A model generated the notes under the pieces. It saw only the letters and a program-made list of their open reading frames with translations, was not told the origin of the DNA and ran no database searches. From a virus (Duplodnaviria > Caudoviricetes): a stretch of DNA of 64,000 nucleotides. The stretch spans positions 6,266-70,265 of the IMG/VR virus record IMGVR_UViG_2974533118_000001; one strand, given 5' to 3'. Shown one piece after another: positions 34,997-44,294 of the stretch; positions within the stretch are counted from its first letter, which is position 1, and every line of letters begins with the position of its first letter. The translations under genes were made by a program, and so were the position numbers.

Positions 34997-35454
34997 GGCG
35001 CCGGGACGCTCACGACGCGGCGGGGCGCATCTATGACGCCATGGACGACGGGAAGCTCAAGGGCATTGCCGTGGTGCGTACCGGCAGCAACGGCAGCGTG
35101 GAAGCGTGGGAGGGCCACACCCACTTAGGCGGGTACAGCCTGGAAGAGGGCGCGGCGGACCTGTTGGCCATGCAGGAACTGTTCCCGGGTGGCCGAGTTG
35201 AGCGCATGGGGCTGGAATCCAAGGGCAGCAAGTGGGCGCCGGTCACCGACAGGGCGCGCTACATCACCCACGGCCCCCGTGACGTGCTGGTGATCTTCCA
35301 CTATTTCGTGGCCCACGAGTGCCGGAACTTCGCCGGCCGCGCCGATTTCGGCGGCAAGCCCAAGTGGTGGTGTGTGTCCTGCAAGAAACCCGTCACCACC
35401 ACCAAAGCCCGGGAAATCGGGCTCTTGCCAAAGCTCGAAAGGAAACGCAAATGA
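34993..35454 (+). CDS. Hypothetical protein with Zn-finger-like C-terminus
   Basis: ATGA overlap; HEC...WWCVSC. Confidence 0.7.
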   Translation: MRRRDAHDAAGRIYDAMDDGKLKGIAVVRTGSNGSVEAWEGHTHLGGYSLEEGAADLLAMQELFPGGRVERMGLESKGSKWAPVTDRARYITHGPRDVLVIFHYFVAHECRNFAGRADFGGKPKWWCVSCKKPVTTTKAREIGLLPKLERKRK

Positions 35455-35627
35455 AGATTCAACGAGTCCGAAACGGCGAGATAGACCCCAACGGGCTGGA
35501 CGTACCCCACGGCACTGAGGTGTTCGTAACGTGCACCATGGGCGCTATCAAGCTTGTGGAGGACGAATTTACCGGGGTGCTGTACGTCTCCCACATACGC
35601 GGCGGCGTCGTCGTCACGGACGAATAA
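35451..35627 (+). CDS. Hypothetical protein
   Basis: GAAAGGA RBS; ATGA overlap. Confidence 0.7.
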   Translation: MKIQRVRNGEIDPNGLDVPHGTEVFVTCTMGAIKLVEDEFTGVLYVSHIRGGVVVTDE

Positions 35628-35645
35628 CCAACCGGGGGTGTGTGC

Positions 35646-35678
35646 AAAAACAGGCACGCACCCCCATAGGTTGGAAAT
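35646..35678 (+). promoter_or_regulatory. Middle-class promoter, copy 1
   Basis: AAAAACAGGCACG-N13-TG-GAAA-TAT. Confidence 0.75.
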
Positions 35679-35710
35679 ATAAGCACCCGCCACAACGAAA
35701 GACCCAGACC

Positions 35711-36151
35711 ATGAAACTGACCCACCGCGACGCCAAGTTCGACACCCAACTATTGGCCGAGCTCCGCAACTTCACCATTGAAACCCGCAACGGCGCCGTG
35801 ATCAGCGTGAGCGAGGGCGCGGACGGCTCGCTACACCTCCACGAGGGAAGCCACCGCAACCTCCGCATTGTGCCCGTAGTGGCCAACAGCGTGCGCATAG
35901 ACATAGTGGACCCATTCCTCGAGTCAGCCGCCCCCATGACACCCATAGCCACCGAGGACGCCCTCTCACGCATCCCCAAAGGGGCCAAGGTCTACAGCGT
36001 CCGTACCAAAAGCCTTTGGGACTGGTGGGGCGCAAACGAACGGCTTGTCGCGAGCAACAACATTGGCTATACAGGCGAAACCTACACAAGCTTTACCGCA
36101 TTCTGGGCAGCGGAAGCACCCCTACTGCTGGCAGCCAACCCCGATGAATGA
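35711..36151 (+). CDS. Hypothetical protein
   Basis: GAAAG RBS; ATG 35711. Confidence 0.75.
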   Translation: MKLTHRDAKFDTQLLAELRNFTIETRNGAVISVSEGADGSLHLHEGSHRNLRIVPVVANSVRIDIVDPFLESAAPMTPIATEDALSRIPKGAKVYSVRTKSLWDWWGANERLVASNNIGYTGETYTSFTAFWAAEAPLLLAANPDE

Positions 36152-36539
36152 GAACCGCGACCGGCTGGCAGCCGACATAGCCACAGCCACCAGCCAATGG
36201 GTCACCCCGCTGGAACAAGGCGAAACCGAAACGCTGGCCATGGAACTTGACGCCATGAACTGGGAAAAACGCGAAATCATCGAAACCCAGGAACAAGCCG
36301 ACGCCGTGCGCGAGGGCACCGTGGTGATAGACAGCTACCGGCCCGACTTCAAAGGCGACGTATACCGTGCCAGCCTCACGCCCTACCGAGGAAGCCCCAT
36401 AACGTGGTGGCAAGCCGGCCCACAAACCTGTTTCAAGTCCGTGCAACTCCCGGCCCTTGTCTTGCTCCAAGGCACCGGCCCCACACTGGCCGAACTCAAG
36501 CAAGCAATGGGAATCATGACGAAAGGCAAAATCCAATGA
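36144..36539 (+). CDS. Hypothetical protein
   Basis: Coupled overlap. Confidence 0.7.
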   Translation: MNENRDRLAADIATATSQWVTPLEQGETETLAMELDAMNWEKREIIETQEQADAVREGTVVIDSYRPDFKGDVYRASLTPYRGSPITWWQAGPQTCFKSVQLPALVLLQGTGPTLAELKQAMGIMTKGKIQ

Positions 36540-36727
36540 CGCAATGGGCAGTACACACAGACGGCAGCCCCGCCCACGTATGGCCTCTAGCCGACACCAT
36601 GGAACACGACCTTGAGGGCCACGGCGAAAACTGCACATGCCAACCCGTCGTGGAAGAAATCCCCCGCGAGGACGGCACAACAGGCCACATGATCAGCCAC
36701 AACGCCAAGGACGGACGCCCCGAATGA
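36536..36727 (+). CDS. Hypothetical protein (His/Cys motif)
   Basis: HVWPLAD...H...CTCQP...HNAKDGR. Confidence 0.7.
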   Translation: MTQWAVHTDGSPAHVWPLADTMEHDLEGHGENCTCQPVVEEIPREDGTTGHMISHNAKDGRPE

Positions 36728-37227
36728 CCCCCGACATGACAGCCCTGGACGCAATCCGGGCACGCACCCGCTCATGGGCAGCCGGTAAGCTGCGCACCGC
36801 CAAACTGGTCACCAGCCCGTTCAATGGCCGGTTTGCTGCCCTCAACGGCGTCACCCCCGAAGGCATCGAACTGAACATGGTCATGGTCAACCACGACCCC
36901 GGGGGCACCAAAACCCCCGTGTTCGAGACGGAAAAAGCGGAAGCCATTGTGGCCGCGGCCCGGGACGCCAAAGCCCTCATGACCATTGTTGACACCCTCA
37001 GAACCCAGTTCAAGCACGAGGCCGAACAACTCCGCATCACCGCCGACAGGCTCACCCAAGACTCACTACACCCTGCAACGTCCACCACCAAGGCCGAACG
37101 CCGGGAAGCACGCGAGACCGCCGAACGCTACCGCAACTTTTCCAGTTGGGCCGACTCAGTGGCCTACAAAGTGGACAAGATCATTGACGACGTACTGAAC
37201 CCCAAGGAAGATGCCCCGAATGTCTAA
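36724..37227 (+). CDS. Hypothetical protein
   Basis: ATGA overlap. Confidence 0.7.
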   Translation: MTPDMTALDAIRARTRSWAAGKLRTAKLVTSPFNGRFAALNGVTPEGIELNMVMVNHDPGGTKTPVFETEKAEAIVAAARDAKALMTIVDTLRTQFKHEAEQLRITADRLTQDSLHPATSTTKAERREARETAERYRNFSSWADSVAYKVDKIIDDVLNPKEDAPNV

Positions 37228-37459
37228 GAACCTCAAGCCCCAGCCGGCCCCCATTCAGGTCAAACAGGCCACCCCGCGCATTGTCATTGACCCCGTGGAA
37301 CCATCCGTAATCCTGGACCTGCAACGCGACGGCGTGTTCCTCAAGTTCGACCCGGAAGCTGCCCGGAAACTTGGCATGGCGCTGGCGTCCGGCGCCGCAC
37401 GCGCCGAGGGCAAGACCAAGGGCCACGTAATCATGACGTTTGTGGAGGACGAAAAGTAA
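37220..37459 (+). CDS. Hypothetical protein
   Basis: AAGGAAG RBS. Confidence 0.7.
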   Translation: MSKNLKPQPAPIQVKQATPRIVIDPVEPSVILDLQRDGVFLKFDPEAARKLGMALASGAARAEGKTKGHVIMTFVEDEK

Positions 37460-38455
37460 ATGAGTTCACTCACTGACCCCAAAGGCATCAAAGACACCGT
37501 AAACGCGATCTTTGCCGGGGGAAGCACCCACCCGCTTGCTGACCTTGCCCGACTCATTGACGGCGCAATCAACGACGCCCGATTCCGCGGCCTTGGGGAC
37601 TTCGACATTGCCCGGTGGGTGGCCCACGTCATTGACCACCACGGCTACCAGATCAACCCAGACAGCGAACCCGCAAGCGCCCACGTTGACGTGCACGGCA
37701 CACCCCACGGCCAGTTCGTGATCAACCCACCCAAGCCGACATATGAGGGCGTTTCGGAGTTCCCCGCAAGCACCGAAACGCGCACCGCAGAGCAATTCCT
37801 CATGGACCAGGTCCTCAAGGATGCGCCCACCATGTCAGCGACCACCCCGGACCCCAAGCTAAGCGCCGAGGTGCTGGGCAGGATCGAACGCGACACCCGG
37901 CGCGCCAACCCGTGGGACAACTTCAAGCCTGAGTTCTTGCCGTTCCCCAAGCTGGACCTGTCAGGGATCCCCGCCATGCCCGTGGACGTAAAAGAGAGTT
38001 TGGAAGCCGCCGCCGAACTAATGCGCGAGAGCATGGAACGCGCGGCCAAGGCCGTGCGCAAGGGTGTGGACGACGCCCGGGCCGCGGAAGCACGCCGCAT
38101 CCTGGCCGAACAGCCCCACGAACACATTTACGGGCGCGGCTCTAACGGCCTCTGCCGTATCTGTGGCGCCGAGTCCAACAGTCGCCGCGCGAGGGCCAAA
38201 CGCCGCGCAATCCACAACGAACAGGCCAAAAAGGTTGCCCAATGGCCACAGCACGCCCTTGGGGAACGCGTGGAACAAGCCCAATCCGGGCGCTTGGGGC
38301 GCATCACCAAGACCGTCAACGCTGAGGGCTACGTCCATACTGTTTGGGACCAGGAACCCGGCAAGACAAACATTATTCACGTCTCCCACCTCAGCGCCCC
38401 CATGTCCAACCTCCACGAGGCGTTGAAAGCCAAGGGCGACGGCGGCGACGAATGA
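37460..38455 (+). CDS. Hypothetical protein
   Basis: 331 aa; HEH...CRICG motif; SH3-like C-terminus. Confidence 0.75.
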   Translation: MSSLTDPKGIKDTVNAIFAGGSTHPLADLARLIDGAINDARFRGLGDFDIARWVAHVIDHHGYQINPDSEPASAHVDVHGTPHGQFVINPPKPTYEGVSEFPASTETRTAEQFLMDQVLKDAPTMSATTPDPKLSAEVLGRIERDTRRANPWDNFKPEFLPFPKLDLSGIPAMPVDVKESLEAAAELMRESMERAAKAVRKGVDDARAAEARRILAEQPHEHIYGRGSNGLCRICGAESNSRRARAKRRAIHNEQAKKVAQWPQHALGERVEQAQSGRLGRITKTVNAEGYVHTVWDQEPGKTNIIHVSHLSAPMSNLHEALKAKGDGGDE

Positions 38456-38559
38456 TCACGCAAGAGGTTTGGGACCACATGGGCCGGGGGGCGTGGCTGG
38501 CCATTGCCCTGTTCGTGCTTTGGGTGGCGGTAAGCGTCTACTGGGATAGGCCGAAATGA
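38452..38559 (+). CDS. Small membrane protein
   Basis: One TM helix; ATGA overlaps. Confidence 0.6.
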   Translation: MITQEVWDHMGRGAWLAIALFVLWVAVSVYWDRPK

Positions 38560-38744
38560 GCGCCCCGCAACTCCTGAATCTTGCGTCCGCGCTGGCCTTG
38601 TGCGTTGCCACATGGCTTGCTTTCTTCGCTGCGTGGAACAGCAACCAACCTAGACCGGCTTGGGGGTCCAAACCGGCTGGCGTGGCCCTCTTGGTGGCTT
38701 GCGTGTTGGGGTTGGCTGCTTTGCTCACTGGGCTGTTCGTATGA
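38556..38744 (+). CDS. Membrane protein
   Basis: Two TM helices. Confidence 0.7.
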   Translation: MSAPQLLNLASALALCVATWLAFFAAWNSNQPRPAWGSKPAGVALLVACVLGLAALLTGLFV

Positions 38745-39103
38745 CCGACTACCAGCCCACCCTTTGGAATGAACCCACGCCCCCGGCAGCGCCCCCGCGA
38801 GCTCTGCCGGTCTCGTGGGACGGCATCCCCATGGAATGGCGGGAATGGCACGCAGAGAACCAAATCACGATATGCCCACCCATCCCACGCGAGCCGTGCC
38901 CACACTGCGGCTTTGACGACGCGCCGCGCTCAATGTGCCGGGGCGTCCGGGTGGGTTCCAGGATGCTGGGGCCACTCTTTGCGTTCCGCTGCCAAGCCTG
39001 TGGCGGGGACACCGTGCACGACCTCCAAGCCGGCGATACATGGATCCTTGAACTAGACGACTACGGGCCGGACGGTTCCACAGACGTTCGGATTATCGAC
39101 TAA
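38741..39103 (+). CDS. Zn-finger hypothetical protein
   Basis: CPHCG...FRCQACG...WILELDDYGPDGS. Confidence 0.75.
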   Translation: MTDYQPTLWNEPTPPAAPPRALPVSWDGIPMEWREWHAENQITICPPIPREPCPHCGFDDAPRSMCRGVRVGSRMLGPLFAFRCQACGGDTVHDLQAGDTWILELDDYGPDGSTDVRIID

Positions 39104-39133
39104 AACAGGCACGCAGCGCGAGACACTGAGAAT
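39101..39133 (+). promoter_or_regulatory. Middle-class promoter, copy 2 (leaderless)
   Basis: TAAAACAGGCACG-N13-TG-AGAA-T-ATG. Confidence 0.8.
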
Positions 39134-39307
39134 ATGACCACTCAACCAGAGCCCCGGCCCAAAGCTGTCGTGGAGAAAACCACCGTGCCCCGGCGTCACC
39201 GCGCTTGGTGCGAGGGATGCCAGGACGGGTGGAACGGCAGCAAGCGCACCGCCGACAAATGGGCCAAGGAACACAACGAGGAACACCATGTTGAGCCTCA
39301 CGCGTAA
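39134..39307 (+). CDS. 57-aa microprotein (absent from the ORF track)
   Basis: Leaderless ATG; WCEGC...HNEEHH is C2H2-like. Confidence 0.7.
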   Translation: MTTQPEPRPKAVVEKTTVPRRHRAWCEGCQDGWNGSKRTADKWAKEHNEEHHVEPHA

Positions 39308-39479
39308 GGAACGCGAGAACAACCTCGTTTGCTGCCACTGTGGGCGCCCGATTGTCCGCAACACCGGCCCCCGGCACCGATGGGCGCGCGCACTGCCCAA
39401 GATGGAATGGCTTCACAACGCCAAGGACTTTGACCCGTCCAAGCCCATTGATTGCTTCACCCCCGAACCGAAAGCCTGA
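39288..39479 (+). CDS. Hypothetical protein
   Basis: GAGGA RBS; CCHCG. Confidence 0.65.
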   Translation: MLSLTRKERENNLVCCHCGRPIVRNTGPRHRWARALPKMEWLHNAKDFDPSKPIDCFTPEPKA

Positions 39480-39481
39480 AC

Positions 39482-39613
39482 ATGGCCAAGCCCTGCCACC
39501 CCTGTTCCTGCCACCTCCACCCGCCATGCGGTGCTTGCGAGCATTGCACCCACTGGGACGTGGACGATTGCCCCAACGATTGCCAAGATTGCCCCGACCA
39601 CGAGGAAGACTGA
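39482..39613 (+). CDS. 43-aa Cys/His-rich microprotein (absent from the ORF track)
   Basis: MAKPCHPCSCHLHPPCGACEHCTHWDVDDCPNDCQDCPDHEED: 9 Cys, 6 His. Confidence 0.7.
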   Translation: MAKPCHPCSCHLHPPCGACEHCTHWDVDDCPNDCQDCPDHEED

Positions 39614-39615
39614 CC

Positions 39616-40134
39616 ATGCCTAAAATCGCCACAGCACGCCAACGCATCATGGAGTATCTGCGCCAACGCCGCAACCAGTCCCGCGACCTTGGGAACACCA
39701 TTCACGTCAGCTACACAGACCCCAAGGGCGAGCCGGCCGAACTGCTGATTTCCGACATTGAGGAAATCATGCAGACCACCACCGGGCTGCCCGATTGGAC
39801 GTACTTCTACGCGTTCCACGCCGCCTACGCAGCCTTACGCGCCCATGAGGCATGGACCATGGGGCGCGGGGAAGACCTGACCGGCAACGGCATCAAGTCC
39901 CACAAAATCAGTTGCGTGGGCTGCCCCGCCGGCTGGCACACCTACGCCTTGAACGCGGAAGACGCACGCGAGCTATTCACCGGCCACCAAGCCAACATTG
40001 TGGCCACCCACTTGCGTGACAGCTTCCAGAACCCAGACAAAGCCGAGGAACAGCGCCTGATCCTTGACCGGGTATGGCATGAAGGCTGGGACTCCCACGC
40101 GGACGCCAAGAGCCCTTACGGGGTGGCCGAATGA
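39616..40134 (+). CDS. Hypothetical protein
   Basis: GAGGA RBS; CVGC...H motif. Confidence 0.7.
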   Translation: MPKIATARQRIMEYLRQRRNQSRDLGNTIHVSYTDPKGEPAELLISDIEEIMQTTTGLPDWTYFYAFHAAYAALRAHEAWTMGRGEDLTGNGIKSHKISCVGCPAGWHTYALNAEDARELFTGHQANIVATHLRDSFQNPDKAEEQRLILDRVWHEGWDSHADAKSPYGVAE

Positions 40135-40988
40135 GCGCCGCCATTGCCGCCGTCCTGGAAGCCCACCCCGACTGGGGGTTCCAGATGCTTGAGAACCGGG
40201 TAACGTGCACCGGCCCCGGCTGTGACTGGAAGCATGACGACGTTGGCCTCAGCGAGCCGGCCGAAAAGCTGTTCCGCGCCCACCAAGCCGAGGAAATCAG
40301 CAAAGCCATGACCGGCGCACCTGTTGAGCTCGAAACCAAGCCGCTGACGTTCAACAGCACCCAGCGCCCGGAAGTGTTGCGCCGGTTCAACAGCGACATT
40401 GAGGGCGGAACGCTCAAGCTCATGCACGATCAGGGGCTTATCCGGCACCTGACCTTTCGGCCCCGCAAGGGTAATTTCTGCTGGTTTGACATCATCACCA
40501 GCCCGGGCCAGCTGACCATCCGGGGCGACATGGGCGACTTTGTGTTCGTGCGCGAGCCGGACATGCTGCGTGACTTTTTCAGCCGCGACGTAAACCCCCA
40601 TTACTGGCGGGAAAAGCTGGTGGCACAAGACGTTTCCACCCCTGCATGGGTCTATGAGCGCGATCTATTCCGCAGCTACGTGGCCAAACACTTTTGGGAC
40701 CGCCGCACGCAGTACACCCCGGACGTGGCCGCAGCCTTGTGGGAGGAAATCCGCACCAATGGACCCCTGGACGAATGGACAGACACCCACGACGCCACCA
40801 GCGCGTGGGCTGCCCTGTCAGGCTTCACCAGCGAGCAAGCCCCCAGCTACCGCTACGAGTCCGATTACGAGGAAGACTTCCACGACTACAGCTTCCAATA
40901 CTTGTGGTGCTGCCATGCCGTGCTGCTGGCTTGCCGTGCGTATCGTGAACATGACCGAAACAAGACCCTGGAAGGGGCCACAGCATGA
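40131..40988 (+). CDS. Conserved phage hypothetical protein
   Basis: DQGLIRHL...FDIITSPGQLTIRGDMG...YWREKL pattern. Confidence 0.8.
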   Translation: MSAAIAAVLEAHPDWGFQMLENRVTCTGPGCDWKHDDVGLSEPAEKLFRAHQAEEISKAMTGAPVELETKPLTFNSTQRPEVLRRFNSDIEGGTLKLMHDQGLIRHLTFRPRKGNFCWFDIITSPGQLTIRGDMGDFVFVREPDMLRDFFSRDVNPHYWREKLVAQDVSTPAWVYERDLFRSYVAKHFWDRRTQYTPDVAAALWEEIRTNGPLDEWTDTHDATSAWAALSGFTSEQAPSYRYESDYEEDFHDYSFQYLWCCHAVLLACRAYREHDRNKTLEGATA

Positions 40989-41410
40989 CTTACACGCCCA
41001 CTATTGCCGAAATCAACAACGTGGAGGTGACCCGCGACGGCGACACGCTGCGAGCCGTCAACGGCACCATCAAAGTGACCGCATGGATAACCGACAATCC
41101 CGCGACTGTCCGAACCCGGGCCGTGATGCTGTTGGCACTTGCCAACTACATTGAAAGCCCGCCCTTGCCGCCCTTTGAGTTCCCCAAGAACCACGCGGCC
41201 GTGATACTCGCGACCACGCACATGGTTGACGGCGTTGTTGGGCTGGCCCGGTTCACTCGCATTGAGAACAGCGGCTGGTTTAGCGCCGGCTTTGGCTGGC
41301 GAACCGAGGAAACCATACGCAGCGAGTTCGAGAACTTGCGCGTGGTCTCTGAGGGAGTCCCGGACGACCCGGAAAACCAGACCCCGGAAGACCCGGAACC
41401 AACAGGCTAA
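40985..41410 (+). CDS. Hypothetical protein
   Basis: ATGA overlap. Confidence 0.7.
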   Translation: MTYTPTIAEINNVEVTRDGDTLRAVNGTIKVTAWITDNPATVRTRAVMLLALANYIESPPLPPFEFPKNHAAVILATTHMVDGVVGLARFTRIENSGWFSAGFGWRTEETIRSEFENLRVVSEGVPDDPENQTPEDPEPTG

Positions 41411-41423
41411 ACCACGACCCACC

Positions 41424-41464
41424 AAAAGCCCCGTGACGCATCCCACACTGTCACGGGGCTTTTG
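41424..41464 (+). terminator. Intrinsic terminator
   Basis: AAAAGCCCCGTGAC...GTCACGGGGCTTTT. Confidence 0.85.
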
Positions 41465-41501
41465 CGTACCGTCAGCCCACCAGCAAACAAAGAGGTTGAC
41501 C

Positions 41502-41663
41502 ATGGCCAAGCACCGCGTAACCCACCTAACCAAGTGCCACGAGTGCGCCCAACTCGTTGAGGAACCCTGCCGGGACGCATTCGATTACGCCCTATGCTCA
41601 CGCCACCGAGATTGCCACCCATGCCCACTTTTGGAGTGGAGGAAAAAACAGGCACGGCTCTGA
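41502..41663 (+). CDS. Cys-rich microprotein
   Basis: GAGG RBS; CHEC...C...CSRHRDCHPC. Confidence 0.65.
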   Translation: MAKHRVTHLTKCHECAQLVEEPCRDAFDYALCSRHRDCHPCPLLEWRKKQARL

Positions 41664-41676
41664 GTAAGTTGGGGAT
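41644..41676 (+). promoter_or_regulatory. Middle-class promoter, copy 3 (leaderless)
   Basis: AAAAACAGGCACG-N13-TG-GGGA-T-ATG. Confidence 0.8.
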
Positions 41677-42105
41677 ATGAGCTCCTTTCAGAAACCCCGA
41701 CAAACCCGCGCCGAACTGATCCAGCACGCCAGAACCCTTGGGGATCCCAACTGGTGCCTCAGCGTGCCGGCTGAGGCCAAGCAAGTTATCAACGCCCTTG
41801 CCGAACAAGTGGCAATTTCCATGCCACCCCCGCAAGCCGTAATCCCGGAAGACAAGCCCCAAGACCCCATTGTCACGCTCGCGAACAGCGCCAAAAGCTA
41901 TCTGGAATACCGCAAGGGCAAACTTGAAGACCACCTTGCCAACCTGGAACGCACCATTGCCGACTTGCGCCGCTACCCCGGCAGCGACGGCGTGAACCTC
42001 ATGACCCGGGCAGCCGAGGCAGCCAACGCCGCCACCCAACTGCAAGACGCCATGGAACACGCCGAACAATTCGCATACCTCGTGGGAGAACGCGCCCATG
42101 ACTAA
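41677..42105 (+). CDS. Hypothetical coiled-coil protein
   Basis: Leaderless ATG. Confidence 0.75.
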   Translation: MSSFQKPRQTRAELIQHARTLGDPNWCLSVPAEAKQVINALAEQVAISMPPPQAVIPEDKPQDPIVTLANSAKSYLEYRKGKLEDHLANLERTIADLRRYPGSDGVNLMTRAAEAANAATQLQDAMEHAEQFAYLVGERAHD

Positions 42106-42565
42106 ACGCCAGTACCTTGTCACCGTGGAGGACAACGACGAATCAGACGAAATGCTTGGTTCCTATATCCGGGGCACCATAGACGGGCAAGTGACCGTGG
42201 AAAGGCTCGCTGACACAGTGGGCGGATTCCCGGCCATATGGAGCAACTACGCCCAACCCGGCCAAGTGCTGCTGTTCCAAGCTGACCAGCCCAACCCCTA
42301 CGGCCACATTGAGGTGGTCCAGGACGACGGCACCACCCGCCGCCCCGAACCCGGGGAAATCCTCACCAGCGAGGGACTACAACACGGATTCAACTACCCG
42401 GAACGGTTCATTGTCGAAACCAGCAACGGTGACGTTATGGGCCGGTTCCGCACCCGCGACCAAGCCGACACCGTGGCCGAACGCTGGAACCAACAGGACA
42501 CCACCCATGAGGTCTACCCCGCAACCGTGCGCGACCTCAGAGAGGACCCCCACCATGAGGACTGA
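42098..42565 (+). CDS. Hypothetical protein
   Basis: GGAG RBS. Confidence 0.7.
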   Translation: MTKRQYLVTVEDNDESDEMLGSYIRGTIDGQVTVERLADTVGGFPAIWSNYAQPGQVLLFQADQPNPYGHIEVVQDDGTTRRPEPGEILTSEGLQHGFNYPERFIVETSNGDVMGRFRTRDQADTVAERWNQQDTTHEVYPATVRDLREDPHHED

Positions 42566-43112
42566 ACCGCTGCCCCATGAGGACAAAGCCCAATTCGAGC
42601 TTGCCAAGGCCGTCTTTGAGGTGGACAACGGCGCCGCCAAGCACCCGGAATATGAATGGGAGACAGCAACGTCCGACCTCACGGAATACGCGTTTGGAAT
42701 TGCTGCTGGGCTGATCCGGCGCGGCTACCACAAGACCCCTGACGACCTTGTGAAAGTCGCGGACATTCGGCCCATCATCCGGGACTTGCTGGACCCTGAA
42801 CCGTGCGAGCGGGACCATAACGGCGGCTGCCAAGCGCATCTTTACCTTTCCCTCAAGCCCGGTGACACATGCCCCCAGCAAACCGCCAAGAACTGGCTGG
42901 AACTCCACAAAGAGGAACCCGCCAAACCCGGGGAAACGGACCTTGTGTGCTCCGGTTACTGTGGCCGGTTCATCCCATGGCCGGAAGCCACCAGAGACAG
43001 CGGGTGGAAAATCACCACCACCAGCGGCCCGGACACTGACGACGCCGGGGCATATATCCGCGTCTGGTGCCCCACCTGTGGCCCATTCGGCGGCAGCTAT
43101 GCCAAGGGTTGA
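42555..43112 (+). CDS. Hypothetical protein (Cys/His motifs)
   Basis: GAGGA RBS; CERDHNGGCQAH; CSGYC...CPTC. Confidence 0.7.
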   Translation: MRTEPLPHEDKAQFELAKAVFEVDNGAAKHPEYEWETATSDLTEYAFGIAAGLIRRGYHKTPDDLVKVADIRPIIRDLLDPEPCERDHNGGCQAHLYLSLKPGDTCPQQTAKNWLELHKEEPAKPGETDLVCSGYCGRFIPWPEATRDSGWKITTTSGPDTDDAGAYIRVWCPTCGPFGGSYAKG

Positions 43113-43266
43113 GCTCATAAGAGACCACCGTGGCCACATAGCAGGACATGTGGCCACGGTTACCAAGGAAGAACAAGAGGAAGCGGACAAGCGAGCCGCG
43201 GAACTCAAGGCGTCCCAGAACACGGACGGCGACTATGACCCCTACGACGATTGGATCGACTGGTGA
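43099..43266 (+). CDS. Hypothetical protein
   Basis: Coupled overlap. Confidence 0.6.
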   Translation: MPRVELIRDHRGHIAGHVATVTKEEQEEADKRAAELKASQNTDGDYDPYDDWIDW

Positions 43267-43499
43267 AACAAGGAAAATATTGGTGCTTGGTACTCACAAT
43301 TACGGCGGGAGTCATGTTTGCAACCGAGATATGGGTGGCTGACGGGCGCTATGCGGCTATGGGCTGGCTGGCTGTGGGCGGTGCGATCATTGCCGGTCTG
43401 GTGGGCATCACCCAAGCCGTCAAAAGCGAGGCCAAAGAGCTCAAGAAACACCCCGCGTTGGGCTGGGAGGAAGAACAGGCACGCGAGGGGCGAGACTGA
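43263..43499 (+). CDS. Membrane protein
   Basis: GTGA overlap; two TM helices. Confidence 0.65.
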   Translation: MKQGKYWCLVLTITAGVMFATEIWVADGRYAAMGWLAVGGAIIAGLVGITQAVKSEAKELKKHPALGWEEEQAREGRD

Positions 43500-43503
43500 G
43501 AAT
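43471..43503 (+). promoter_or_regulatory. Middle-class promoter, copy 4 (leaderless)
   Basis: AAGAACAGGCACG-N13-TG-AGAA-T-ATG. Confidence 0.75.
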
Positions 43504-43701
43504 ATGAGCAACCAACACCCCGACCTGCCCGACACCGGAACCACGCCAATGATGGCTGACGCCATAGCCATGCAAGAGGTCATGCAAGCCATGACCGCTG
43601 CCGGTTTCACCCCCGACGAAGCCCTCAAGTACATGGTCTACCGCTCCATAGCCGTGGTGGAAATGCAGACCCCTTGCCAGAAGTGTGGGCACAAGCCATG
43701 A
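43504..43701 (+). CDS. Hypothetical protein
   Basis: Leaderless ATG. Confidence 0.7.
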   Translation: MSNQHPDLPDTGTTPMMADAIAMQEVMQAMTAAGFTPDEALKYMVYRSIAVVEMQTPCQKCGHKP

Positions 43702-44294
43702 ACGTCAACGACTTTGAGCCGCGCGCGGCCGGCGACGTGGTGCCCGATCCGTTCGTGGAGGGCAGCAACAACAGGTGGATGCCGTTCGATCCCATCAAAG
43801 CGGCCATGGGTTACCACGCAGCCCGGGCGCTGGCGTACAGCCGCCAAACCGAGCTTGAGCCGGACAACACCAACGCCGTGGCGCTCATGGTCACCGAGTA
43901 CCACATTGCGAGCCTCTACTACGCCCAAGTGACCGGGGGCATGACACGCAAGGGCTGCATTGGCTTCAACAAAGGCATGCGAGAACGGCCCTACGCGACC
44001 TTGCACAACATCATGCACATGCTCACGTTCCTGGGCATCGACCCCCGCGAAATCAGGGCGTTTCGATCCCCGGAACGCATCCAACGCGAGGCACTGGAAG
44101 GACTCGTGCAGGACTTGCTCCACCACCAAGACGTTGAGGGTGAAGCCGTGGACGTGCGCGGCCCCCACGGCTGGTACGACGTAGTGACCGTGATCCAAGG
44201 GGCACTACACCCCAACGCCCGACAAGGCGACCCTGACCTGCTACCCGGAATCCGCGCCAAACTGGCCAACCTCAAGAAAGATGCCACCAAATGA
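43698..44294 (+). CDS. Hypothetical protein
   Basis: ATGA overlaps. Confidence 0.75.
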   Translation: MNVNDFEPRAAGDVVPDPFVEGSNNRWMPFDPIKAAMGYHAARALAYSRQTELEPDNTNAVALMVTEYHIASLYYAQVTGGMTRKGCIGFNKGMRERPYATLHNIMHMLTFLGIDPREIRAFRSPERIQREALEGLVQDLLHHQDVEGEAVDVRGPHGWYDVVTVIQGALHPNARQGDPDLLPGIRAKLANLKKDATK

